This document shows positions 8,562 to 17,345 of a DNA stretch of 46,630 bases, in pieces. The notes beneath the pieces were generated by a model, which ran no database searches, had not been told where the DNA came from, and was given only the letters and a program-made list of their open reading frames with translations. Position 1 is the stretch's first letter. Every line of letters starts with the position of its first letter. Both the position numbers and the translations under genes were made by a program. Source of the DNA: an uncultured Leptospirales bacterium (GTDB lineage Bacteria > Spirochaetota > UBA4802 > UBA5550); the NCBI GenBank assembly GCA_964529965.1, contig CAZHAD010000006.1, positions 615 to 47,244 on the forward strand, written 5' to 3'.

Positions 8562-9806
8562 CTATATGAATCTTTTTATATATTCACGAACCGTTTCTTT
8601 AAGGAGCTCATTGAAAACCGGATCCTGCTCCTTGGAATACAGCTCAAAGAGCCCCAGCAGGGATTGTTTATCATTTATTCTCTTGACCGCATACAGGGCC
8701 GCTGTTTTTACGTATAACGGCTCTGCTCTGCTTAAGACCTCAAGCAGGCCTGTCAGAGCCAGCCTGTTCCGGTAATGACTCAGAGAATTACATACCTCCG
8801 CCCTGACCCGGAAATCCGTGTCGTTCAGTGCGCGCAACAGCGTCGACAGGGCCGCGTTGGTTTTTGTATTGCCGAGAACATAAGCTGATTTGATCCTTAG
8901 ATCAGCGTTGGAATCGGTAAGCAAAATCTTCTCAACACCCCTGATATCGCCTGCCATTTTGAAATGAGAGAGGGTTTCAATCAAAAGCTCTTTTATCTCG
9001 CGGTCATCCTCAGCCAAGAGACGTATGGATAAAAATTTTGCCGAAACGGGCGCCCCGATCATTGCTAAAGCCTTTACGCTCTCACACCTGACTTCCCTGT
9101 TCCTGTCATTAAGCATGTGATGAAGCATCGATATCGATCCGATATCCCTGAAAACACCGAGTGCTTCAATAGCCGCGATCCGTACCTCGTCATTTGTATC
9201 ATTAAGCGCGGTATTTCGGATCAATCCCGCTGATTCGCCTACCCTGTTTACCCGCAGGCAATTCAGGACATAGATTCTGACGGATTTACTTTCGTCATGC
9301 AGCATATTTGCAATAAACGAATAAAACCGGCGGTCATACAGGTAGTGCATCGCTTCCAAGAAGTAGATACGATGCACCGGGCTGGAGCTTTCAGCCATTT
9401 TTAGAATCACAGGATACAGCCGATCATCCCCGATCTTTTTCAAAGTCCGCGCCGCAGCCTGTCTGACCACATAATGGGGATTTATCAGATAGCCTGCAAC
9501 AGGCATGACGAACCGCCTGTCATTATATTCGGACAAGGCGTTGATGATTTTCACCTTCGTGCCGGTCATCCACGAACTTTCCAAGACCTCAAGCCAACGG
9601 GATGTCACGGCATCGGAAGGATACAGCCGAAGCTTTTTAATGTATTCCTGTTGCGTATCCTCGTTTTGGTCTTGTAAAATGCCGTGTATAATATCGGCTA
9701 TGTCGGTTGAAACATCCTTTTCTTCCGAGTGTAATGCGGCCGGCCGTACAATCAGCACAAAGAGAATAAAAAAAATTATTCTTTGGTTAGGGCGGTTCTT
9801 GATCAT
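8562..9806 (-). CDS. Exported HEAT/PBS-lyase repeat protein
   Basis: N-terminal hydrophobic signal; repeats such as VRQAAARTLKKIG, VRIAAIEALG, VRCESVKALAMIG, VRAEVCNSL. Confidence 0.85.
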   Translation of the reverse strand: MIKNRPNQRIIFFILFVLIVRPAALHSEEKDVSTDIADIIHGILQDQNEDTQQEYIKKLRLYPSDAVTSRWLEVLESSWMTGTKVKIINALSEYNDRRFVMPVAGYLINPHYVVRQAAARTLKKIGDDRLYPVILKMAESSSPVHRIYFLEAMHYLYDRRFYSFIANMLHDESKSVRIYVLNCLRVNRVGESAGLIRNTALNDTNDEVRIAAIEALGVFRDIGSISMLHHMLNDRNREVRCESVKALAMIGAPVSAKFLSIRLLAEDDREIKELLIETLSHFKMAGDIRGVEKILLTDSNADLRIKSAYVLGNTKTNAALSTLLRALNDTDFRVRAEVCNSLSHYRNRLALTGLLEVLSRAEPLYVKTAALYAVKRINDKQSLLGLFELYSKEQDPVFNELLKETVREYIKRFI

Positions 9807-9986
9807 AAATTTTATCAGGAGAGGAGTAAGCGACGGCCGTTTCCCCCGTCGTCCGTAATGATCGAAATTTTATCTACAGGCCCGATGGCATATTCCATAT
9901 GCAAATTGCCTGACTTGACGAGCTCCGGCGTACGATATTGTAAAGATTTCAATTATTATTGAGCTGAAATATTAAAAAATCTCCGC

Positions 9987-10595
9987 CTACTTTAACACGC
10001 CACGAAGGTAGTACTTAGATATATTTTCTATAAGATTTGCATCCAACGCATTCTTTTTCCTCTTATTATATTCATATATAACGAGCAAAACACCCCCGAC
10101 GACTAATGTCGCGACCACGTCCGGCATGAGGTTATGCTTAAATATGCCCTTTTTCATCAATTCTTCTATTTCAGAAGTTACCATTTTTTCAATTGATATA
10201 ATTGAATTGTTTATCCTTTCATTAACTTCATCGTCTACCCCGACGATTTCTTTAAAAATAAGCTTGATGACAATCGGTTCACTCAGAAGCACGGAAATGC
10301 AGGTGGATAATCTTTTATTTATAAATTCGAGAATAAGTTCGGATGTCGGATTCCCGCTGAAAAATTCATTAAAGTCCTCTTGGTCAAATATATCCTCCAT
10401 TTTCTCCAGCACCACGTCTAAAATCGCGAATAGAATCTCTTTTTTATTTCGAAAGTACTGATATACCGTGCCTCTTGCGATATTCAGCTTTTCACACACT
10501 TGACCGATATGGGTGCTCTGAAAACCTTTGTCCATGAACATCTGTTTCGCCGTATTGACAATCTGCTGCCTTCTTCTTTCTCCCTTCGGTGGCAT
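9987..10595 (-). CDS. TetR/AcrR-family transcriptional regulator
   Basis: RRQQIVNTAKQMFMDKGFQSTHIGQVCEKLNIARGTVYQYFRNKKEI HTH; ATG 10595 after GAGGGG. Confidence 0.93.
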   Translation of the reverse strand: MPPKGERRRQQIVNTAKQMFMDKGFQSTHIGQVCEKLNIARGTVYQYFRNKKEILFAILDVVLEKMEDIFDQEDFNEFFSGNPTSELILEFINKRLSTCISVLLSEPIVIKLIFKEIVGVDDEVNERINNSIISIEKMVTSEIEELMKKGIFKHNLMPDVVATLVVGGVLLVIYEYNKRKKNALDANLIENISKYYLRGVLK

Positions 10596-10603
10596 ATAAC
10601 CCC

Positions 10604-10741
10604 TCAACTTGACCTTAATGTGCTGGCATTTTTATGATTTGAAGAATTTTTTAATATCCTAATCTCCTCTTTAATAGGAATTAACAAATCTTTCAATTCC
10701 CTAATGATTTTATCTGCCTGTTCCTGCAATTCCCTGCTCAT
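10604..10741 (-). CDS. Putative 45-aa small helical protein, below ORF-track cutoff
   Basis: MSRELQEQADKIIRELKDLLIPIKEEIRILKNSSNHKNASTLRSS*; RBS GGAGA; its stop codon overlaps the TetR RBS. Confidence 0.5.
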   Translation of the reverse strand: MSRELQEQADKIIRELKDLLIPIKEEIRILKNSSNHKNASTLRSS

Positions 10742-10946
10742 GATCATCTCCAATTATATTACCTTATCGATCATGATCTGTCTTCTCTTTATATACAAAA
10801 TTATCCCTGCCCTCTTATTCTCAGACACTTCAATACTTTGACATGGCATCGAAGAGCACGCCTATAAATTGGCATCTTTGTATAATTTAATATAAAATTT
10901 AATATATAATAACAAACGCGATATTGTGTATATAAAAACTATATTG

Positions 10947-10962
10947 TTGTTGAGGTCAACAA
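10947..10962. promoter_or_regulatory. Palindrome, candidate TetR operator
   Basis: TTGTTGA-GG-TCAACAA with perfect 7-bp arms; contains TTGACC on the minus strand, upstream of the sORF-tetR pair. Confidence 0.35.
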
Positions 10963-11040
10963 TTTTTCATTATTATCCAGTTTTTTTATTTAAGTATTTT
11001 CGGAATAATTCGGAGGAATTTTGCAGATACATATTTTAGA

Positions 11041-11094
11041 AAGAATAAAATAACACAGCCCCGGTGTTGAAAGCTTTCATTGTCCGGGGCTGTG
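11041..11094 (-). terminator. Rho-independent terminator
   Basis: 11-bp stem CACAGCCCCGG/CCGGGGCTGTG followed on the minus strand by TTATTTTATTCTT, ~45 nt past the stop at 11140. Confidence 0.7.
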
Positions 11095-11139
11095 ATTTAC
11101 CGCATTGAATCTGTTCATTACATTTCCCATATACGAAAA

Positions 11140-11403
11140 TTATACGGCAGTATTGACGGATAATCCGAGAGAATTCTTATCGGTATGAATTCTCAGTTTG
11201 GATCCGATGAGCATATAGAGGAAATTTTGCATTTCCTGCAGATTCATTATCACCTGTTCCCTGACTTCATCACTCACATCGCTGTTTTTCCCAACAATGT
11301 AAGGGAATTCCATCGAGGCCGGAACCGGTTTGGTAGCCCTGTCGGCATTAGGGTGAGAACCGGGTAATGAATATGGTGTATTAATGGGGAATCTGACATC
11401 CAT
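11140..11403 (-). CDS. Small hypothetical protein (87 aa)
   Basis: ATG 11403 after GGAGG: MDVRFPINTPY...VIMNLQEMQNFLYMLIGSKLRI...VNTAV; followed by a terminator. Confidence 0.65.
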   Translation of the reverse strand: MDVRFPINTPYSLPGSHPNADRATKPVPASMEFPYIVGKNSDVSDEVREQVIMNLQEMQNFLYMLIGSKLRIHTDKNSLGLSVNTAV

Positions 11404-11530
11404 TTCTCTTGCCTCCTTCCATGGATTTTTTCTATTGCTATATTCGACATTTTGCAGGAATTCAATAATAAATTTTTTTTGTTTTTTGTGTAATATTCTA
11501 AAGCAATATTTTCTCACGAATAATTCGGAG

Positions 11531-11989
11531 TTATTCTCGAATCTGGTGTAATTTGTGGATTTTTCCTATTTCTGGCAAGAATCCCCAAATGATCCTCCAG
11601 CTAATAATATTATCAATAATTTCTTTTGCCACCATATAGTTCATGAAAAAAGGATAGTTATCGGCAATTCGTTTCCGCAATGGCTTCTTGAGATACTTCT
11701 GCACCGCATAGGCACAAATCAGGGACACCGACATCTTAAGAAGCTTCCTCAGATCCACCATATACTCATAATCATATTCCGAAACCCGCACATGAACAAC
11801 ACGCCACTCCCTGTGCCTGCGTCTTTCCTGATACCGCACCATCGTGCCCATGGGGAGGGAATCGGGGACATTTTCCATTACCTTTTTTATGAGGAAGACG
11901 ATCATTTCTGACCTGGTCATGCCAATCGCACGGGAAGTACGGGAAATCACTTCCAGTATTTCGTAACTCATATTAATTGTGGTTTCCAT
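11531..11989 (-). CDS. Putative tandem ribbon-helix-helix DNA-binding protein (DUF1564-like), paralogue 1
   Basis: TTINM-helix-GMTRSEMIVFLI and VHVRV-helix-MSVSLICAYAV patterns; roughly 50% identical by hand alignment to 35589..36035. Confidence 0.65.
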   Translation of the reverse strand: METTINMSYEILEVISRTSRAIGMTRSEMIVFLIKKVMENVPDSLPMGTMVRYQERRRHREWRVVHVRVSEYDYEYMVDLRKLLKMSVSLICAYAVQKYLKKPLRKRIADNYPFFMNYMVAKEIIDNIISWRIIWGFLPEIGKIHKLHQIRE

Positions 11990-12366
11990 GAATTTTTCCT
12001 CACTCTTTAACGGTATTACTTAATATTATTTACGAACGAAAGTGAACAAATGATAAAAAAAATTGATTCTAAAAACAGTTTAGTCACAGATCATTAATTC
12101 CGTCATTACTGATTAATTTCAAAGAATAACGAATCAAAAATAAATTCTTGACAATAACTGTGACATAATGCTAGCCGGATTCCGATGCAGTTAATCGGCG
12201 ATGATGAATTATCGCCGAGAAATACGATTGCTTCTTTACCGCTTCACCTGAAATGAATCATAATAATATACGTACAACATCAAAGGATTACTTGAGCGTG
12301 CAACGAAAGTTTCAATACAGTAGTAATGATTGACTTTCAGATGAGCACTGGCCATCAAACCGAACC

Positions 12367-13764
12367 ATGAGTGCAATGTTTAAAGAAATCAGCCACATTC
12401 TGGCAAGAGCCAAGTCTTTACTGGCTGGGTGCGGATGCGAATACGCCGAGATACGTCTTTCCAGCGGATCGGGAACCTTCATTTCCCTGTCCGGCAACCA
12501 GATTGACACGGTATCCTCAGGCCAAACCGTTGGTGGTTCAGTGAGGATGCTGTGCAACGGAGCGTTCAGCTTCATATTCTTCAATGACATGGCCCAGATA
12601 GAACATTTTTTCAAGCGGGGGATTCAGGTATCAAGACTGATGAAAACCAAAACGAAGACGAAAATCCGCTCATACAAGCCGGTGATAAAAAAATTTCGCA
12701 CGGAAAAAGCAAAAGATGTGGGCAGCATATCTTTAGAAGAAAAATTCAAGCTGATAAGCTCCTATAATAAAATTTTAAAATCATCGCATTGTATACAGAC
12801 AACCCGTGCAGTTTACCGTGACCTTCAATCAACCTCAGCCTTTCTGAATACCGAGGGTAGCGAAATACTCTACGACAAAACATACTGCGGTATATCGTTG
12901 TCTTCTATCGCGCGAGACGGTGCCGTGATACAGCCTTTTCACGACTCCTTTTCGGGATACGGTGGGTACGAGCTCGTGGAAAACAGGGAGCCCGATGCCG
13001 AAAGAGTGGCGAAGACTGCGGTCGACCTTCTTACCGCCGAATCAATTGCCGGAGGAACGTATCACGTGGTCGTGGATCAAAAGCTTGCCGGTGTCTTCAT
13101 CCATGAGGCGTTCGGCCACCTTTCCGAGGCTGATTTCATACATGAAAATGAACGGCTTAAAATAATAATGGTGAATGGGAAACGACTTGGCCCTGAAGGA
13201 CTCAACGTGATCGATGACGGCAATATTCCCGGCCTTGCCGGATTCATACCTTGTGATGACGAGGGCGTTCTCCCTGAAAAAACGAAAATCATCAACAACG
13301 GTCTTCTGCATGCAAGACTCCACTCACGCGAAACGGCGGAAAAAATGGACGAGGCAGTCACCGGCAATGCAAGGGCCGTGGGTGTAATGAACCAGCCTAT
13401 CGTACGTATGACCAACACCTACATCGAAAACGGCAGCCATGATATGCAAGAGATATTTGAAGCCGCCGGGAACGGCATCTATGCCGTCGGCGCGATCGGC
13501 GGTGAGACGAACCTTGAAATGTTTACCTTTACCTCCGGATGTGGATATGAAATACGAGGCGGAAAGATAGGCAAAATGTACAAAAATATTGTCTTGTCCG
13601 GCAATGTATTCACAACCCTGTCGAACATTATTATGATAGGAAATGACCTTCAGATGTTCGGAGGACTGGGAGGATGCGGAAAGGGGGGTCAGAGCCCCTT
13701 GCCGGTATCGTTCGGAGGACCGCATATTCTTATGAAGAACATACTTATAGGCGGCGCCAATTGA
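12367..13764 (+). CDS. tldD: TldD metalloprotease subunit
   Basis: GVFIHEAFGHLSEAD (HExxGH), DDEG, GNAR, PIVRMTNTYI, GCGKGGQSPLPVSFGGPH. Confidence 0.95.
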   Translation: MSAMFKEISHILARAKSLLAGCGCEYAEIRLSSGSGTFISLSGNQIDTVSSGQTVGGSVRMLCNGAFSFIFFNDMAQIEHFFKRGIQVSRLMKTKTKTKIRSYKPVIKKFRTEKAKDVGSISLEEKFKLISSYNKILKSSHCIQTTRAVYRDLQSTSAFLNTEGSEILYDKTYCGISLSSIARDGAVIQPFHDSFSGYGGYELVENREPDAERVAKTAVDLLTAESIAGGTYHVVVDQKLAGVFIHEAFGHLSEADFIHENERLKIIMVNGKRLGPEGLNVIDDGNIPGLAGFIPCDDEGVLPEKTKIINNGLLHARLHSRETAEKMDEAVTGNARAVGVMNQPIVRMTNTYIENGSHDMQEIFEAAGNGIYAVGAIGGETNLEMFTFTSGCGYEIRGGKIGKMYKNIVLSGNVFTTLSNIIMIGNDLQMFGGLGGCGKGGQSPLPVSFGGPHILMKNILIGGAN

Positions 13765-15053
13765 TTGAACAGGTGGTTAACAAACTTTCAGCCAATACAG
13801 GATGGTTCGATATCATCGAGATCAGCGGTGTCAGCACCCCCATACAGTTCAGAAACAACCGCCTTCATTCCGTGACCGAGTATCAGAATTCCGGATTCGG
13901 GGTGAGGGTGAGCATCAATGGAAAAACCGGGTTCTCCTACACCAATGACGCATCCGGCCTCATGGAAGCCGCAGATCGCGCAGAGGCGACTTCGAAATTC
14001 GGCGATATTGAAGACTTTGAATTACCTTACATTACCAATACGGATTTCGAACCGTATGATCCGCGGATACATGGCTTTGACATCGCCGCTGAGATCGACA
14101 AGGCGGAAGATGCGATGAGCGCCATACTCCGAAAATTCCCTGAGGCGAATATTGAAAGCCGGATAAACGGATCACACGGAAAGATTCGAATCATCAACTC
14201 AAACGGTGTCGATCAGGTATATAAAAGTTCGCGCTATGCAACATATCTGTCCGCAATGCTTTTTCTTGATGACGGCTCAAAAATCGAGATATGGGAGGGG
14301 GCCTCCGCCCTAGCTCCGGCCTCATATAACCTTCTGATAGAAAAAATCACGGATAAATTGTATAATGCAAGGATAAACAAAAAAACAGCCGGGGGCAAAA
14401 TTGCGGTCTTGGCATCACCGAAGGCCACCGCGAGAATGATCGGGATCGTATCCGCAGGCCTCAACGCGGAATCGGTATCTAAGGGGATATCTCCCTTTGC
14501 CGGAAAAATCGATAATCCGCTTTTTTCCGATAAATTGACCATTTCCGATGAGCCGGATCTGAAAAACTCACCCTACAGCTATCCTTTCGACGCCGAAGGC
14601 GTCGCCGCAAGGAAAAAATTTCTTGTGAAAGAAGGCAGAATCAAGAACTACATCACGGACCTTAAATATGCTCGCAAGCTTAATCTAATACCGGAAGGCA
14701 ACGGCCAGCGCGGTTATTCCACACTTCCTCATCCCTCGTTCAGCAATATTGTCATTGATAAGGGGGCGGATCCCCATACCAGCTTGTTGAGGAATATTAA
14801 GCGAGGAATACTTGTCGACCAATTCATAGGGCTCGGCCAGTCCAATACCCTGACGGGTGACTTTTCAGCAGGTCTTGATCTTGCATATCTGATCGAAAAC
14901 GGTGAGATCACCGGAAGGGTGAAAGACTGTATGTTGACCGATAACCTTTTTACGCTCCTCGCAGATGAAATCGTAGTCAGCTCAAACAGGGAGCAGATAG
15001 GGTCGGTGCTCGCTCCTTATCTATTATTTCCCTTGGTAAACTATACGGTTTAG
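13761..15053 (+). CDS. pmbA: PmbA/TldE partner subunit
   Basis: TTG start overlapping tldD TGA; PFDAEGV, GNGQR, SNTLTGDFS, YLIENGEITGRVKD; lacks HExxH, as expected for TldE. Confidence 0.9.
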   Translation: MIEQVVNKLSANTGWFDIIEISGVSTPIQFRNNRLHSVTEYQNSGFGVRVSINGKTGFSYTNDASGLMEAADRAEATSKFGDIEDFELPYITNTDFEPYDPRIHGFDIAAEIDKAEDAMSAILRKFPEANIESRINGSHGKIRIINSNGVDQVYKSSRYATYLSAMLFLDDGSKIEIWEGASALAPASYNLLIEKITDKLYNARINKKTAGGKIAVLASPKATARMIGIVSAGLNAESVSKGISPFAGKIDNPLFSDKLTISDEPDLKNSPYSYPFDAEGVAARKKFLVKEGRIKNYITDLKYARKLNLIPEGNGQRGYSTLPHPSFSNIVIDKGADPHTSLLRNIKRGILVDQFIGLGQSNTLTGDFSAGLDLAYLIENGEITGRVKDCMLTDNLFTLLADEIVVSSNREQIGSVLAPYLLFPLVNYTV

Positions 15054-15151
15054 CATTGAGCTTAAAAAATTGCTTTCCGCGAATTCCATAAATGCAAGGT
15101 GGTTTTTAATACTACAATAAGGGAAAGGCCGCATACTGCGCTCGTGTAAAC

Positions 15152-16960
15152 TTACGCGACCCTGTTCGATTTTTTCCGCTCGTGCCTGTCGAGAATTTTT
15201 TTTCTCATCCTGATGTTTTGTGGAGTGACTTCCAGAAGCTCGTCTCTTTCAAGATATTCAAGAGACTCCTCGAGGTTGAAGGTTTTTGGTGCAATCAAAC
15301 GTATGGCCTCTTCCGAGCCTGAAGCTCTCATGTTGGTAAGCTTTTTCACTTTGCACACGTTTACAACGATATCACCTTCCCTGTGGTGCTCACCCACTAT
15401 CATGCCTTCGTACACGGGTACACCGGGGCCTATGAACAGCATACCGCGTTCCTGGATATTATCCAGTGCGAAAGAAACCGAAACGCCGTCTTCGAACGCC
15501 ACGAGCACTCCGTGGTTGCGGCCGGGAATCTCGCCGCGAAATTCCTCATATCCCTTGAAGCTGTGATAGAGCATGCCCGTGCCCCTGGTCTCGGTCAAGA
15601 ACTCACTTCTGAATCCTATAAGACCGCGCGAAGGCACCATGAATTCGAGCCTTGTATATCCGTCGCTGCCCTGCAGCATGTTTGTCATCCCACCCTTGCG
15701 CATGCCGATCTTTTCAATAACAATGCCGGCATATTCGGCAGCCACATCGATGATTGCGTGCTCAATCGGCTCGAGTCGAATGCCGTTTTTTTCATAAAAA
15801 ATGACTTCCGGTTTCGAGACCTGGAACTCGTATCCCTCGCGCCGCATGTTTTCGATCAGGATGCTGAGCTGCAACTCGCCCCTGCCCTTCACGATGAATG
15901 AGTCGGACGAATCGGTCTGCTCGACCTTGATGCTTACATTTGTCTGCAGCTCGCGCTGGAGCCTGTCCCAGATGTGTCTCGCGGTCAGGTATTTCCCTTC
16001 TCTGCCGGCGAATGGTGAATCATTTACAATAAATGTCATTGCAAGCGTAGGCTCGTCAATTATGATGGATGGAAGCGCTACCGGATTATCCCTGTCCGCA
16101 ACCGTATCACCCACATCTATGGATTCCATACCGGCCAGGGTTACGATGTCTCCGGCAAAGGCCTCTTCTATGTCGATTCTGCCGAGCCCGGCGTAGGCGA
16201 ATATTTTTGAAAGTCTTGAAATAATCAGACCTCCCGACCTTTTTATCAATACGACCTCATCGCCCCGTCTGATCCTGCCGTTATGTATCCTTCCCGTGCC
16301 CATTTTCCCCAGATAATTATCATATTCGATTGCGGAAGTCAAAAACTGAAAGGGCATTTGCTCATCGCCGCGGGCGTCTTCGACGTATTTGATGATGGAT
16401 TCAAACAGTGGCTTGAGATCGAGATTACCATCTTCAACCTTTTGGCGGGCGTAGCCCTTTTTTGCCGATGCGAATATGACCGGGAAATCGAGCTGGTAAT
16501 CCGAGGCGCCAAGCTCGATGAATAAATCGAACACCATATTGAGCACCTCATGGGGACGAGCGTTGGTCCTGTCGATCTTATTGATGACCACGATAGGTCT
16601 GTGACCTTCCTTGAGAGATTTTTTAAGTACGTACTTTGTCTGAGGCATCGGGCCTTCAACTGCGTCAACGAGCAGCAAAACCGAGTCGGCCATTTTAAGT
16701 ATCCGTTGCACCTCGCCGCCGAAATCTGCATGGCCGGGGGTATCGACGAAGTTGATCTTATATCCCTCGTAAGTTAGAGAGGCATTTTTGGAAAATATAG
16801 TTATCCCCCTTTCCCTTTCCAGGGCGTTCGAATCCATTACACGCTCCTCAATATGCTGATTGTCCCGGAAAACCCCAGCTTGTTTGAGCATCGCGTCAAC
16901 GAGCGTGGTTTTTCCATGATCGACATGCGCGATTATTGCGATATTTTTTATTTTTTTCAC
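15152..16960 (-). CDS. typA: Translational GTPase TypA/BipA
   Basis: [69 protein letters not shown]. Confidence 0.98.
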   Translation of the reverse strand: MKKIKNIAIIAHVDHGKTTLVDAMLKQAGVFRDNQHIEERVMDSNALERERGITIFSKNASLTYEGYKINFVDTPGHADFGGEVQRILKMADSVLLLVDAVEGPMPQTKYVLKKSLKEGHRPIVVINKIDRTNARPHEVLNMVFDLFIELGASDYQLDFPVIFASAKKGYARQKVEDGNLDLKPLFESIIKYVEDARGDEQMPFQFLTSAIEYDNYLGKMGTGRIHNGRIRRGDEVVLIKRSGGLIISRLSKIFAYAGLGRIDIEEAFAGDIVTLAGMESIDVGDTVADRDNPVALPSIIIDEPTLAMTFIVNDSPFAGREGKYLTARHIWDRLQRELQTNVSIKVEQTDSSDSFIVKGRGELQLSILIENMRREGYEFQVSKPEVIFYEKNGIRLEPIEHAIIDVAAEYAGIVIEKIGMRKGGMTNMLQGSDGYTRLEFMVPSRGLIGFRSEFLTETRGTGMLYHSFKGYEEFRGEIPGRNHGVLVAFEDGVSVSFALDNIQERGMLFIGPGVPVYEGMIVGEHHREGDIVVNVCKVKKLTNMRASGSEEAIRLIAPKTFNLEESLEYLERDELLEVTPQNIRMRKKILDRHERKKSNRVA

Positions 16961-17230
16961 GATGATTCCTCAAATATTCCTTATAAGTGCCTGGTAACAT
17001 GCGTCATCAAGTGATGTAATCGACATGTTATCATGAGATTAGCCAGGAATTAAACCCGCTTCCGACACGATTTGTTCCTGAACGTATCAGAAATATCATG
17101 CGTGCTGTTTTCAGCAGTGGCGCCGCTAGGAATTTCGACAGCCCGGCGGCAAATTACACCTTATCTTGAAAGTGGATATGCGAATAACCAACCAGAGGGT
17201 AAGGTTGTAAAGTAAAATTTTAATTCGGGA

Positions 17231-17275
17231 GATAATTTTCAAAAAGCAGCGGCATCACAAATTTTTGAAATTATC
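17231..17275. repeat. Inverted repeat in the divergent typA/patatin intergenic region
   Basis: GATAATTTTCAAAAA ... TTTTTGAAATTATC; arms differ by one T. Confidence 0.5.
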
Positions 17276-17345
17276 ATAGACAGAACACTTGAAATATTGT
17301 AACAAGTGATATATGAAAAATCGTCTCGGATTGCTTTAATCTTTA

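Noticed and set aside
12195-12218. Hairpin TCGGCGAT-N8-ATCGCCGA upstream of tldD
   Set aside because: A single short stem without a U-tract or riboswitch motif; no function can be supported.
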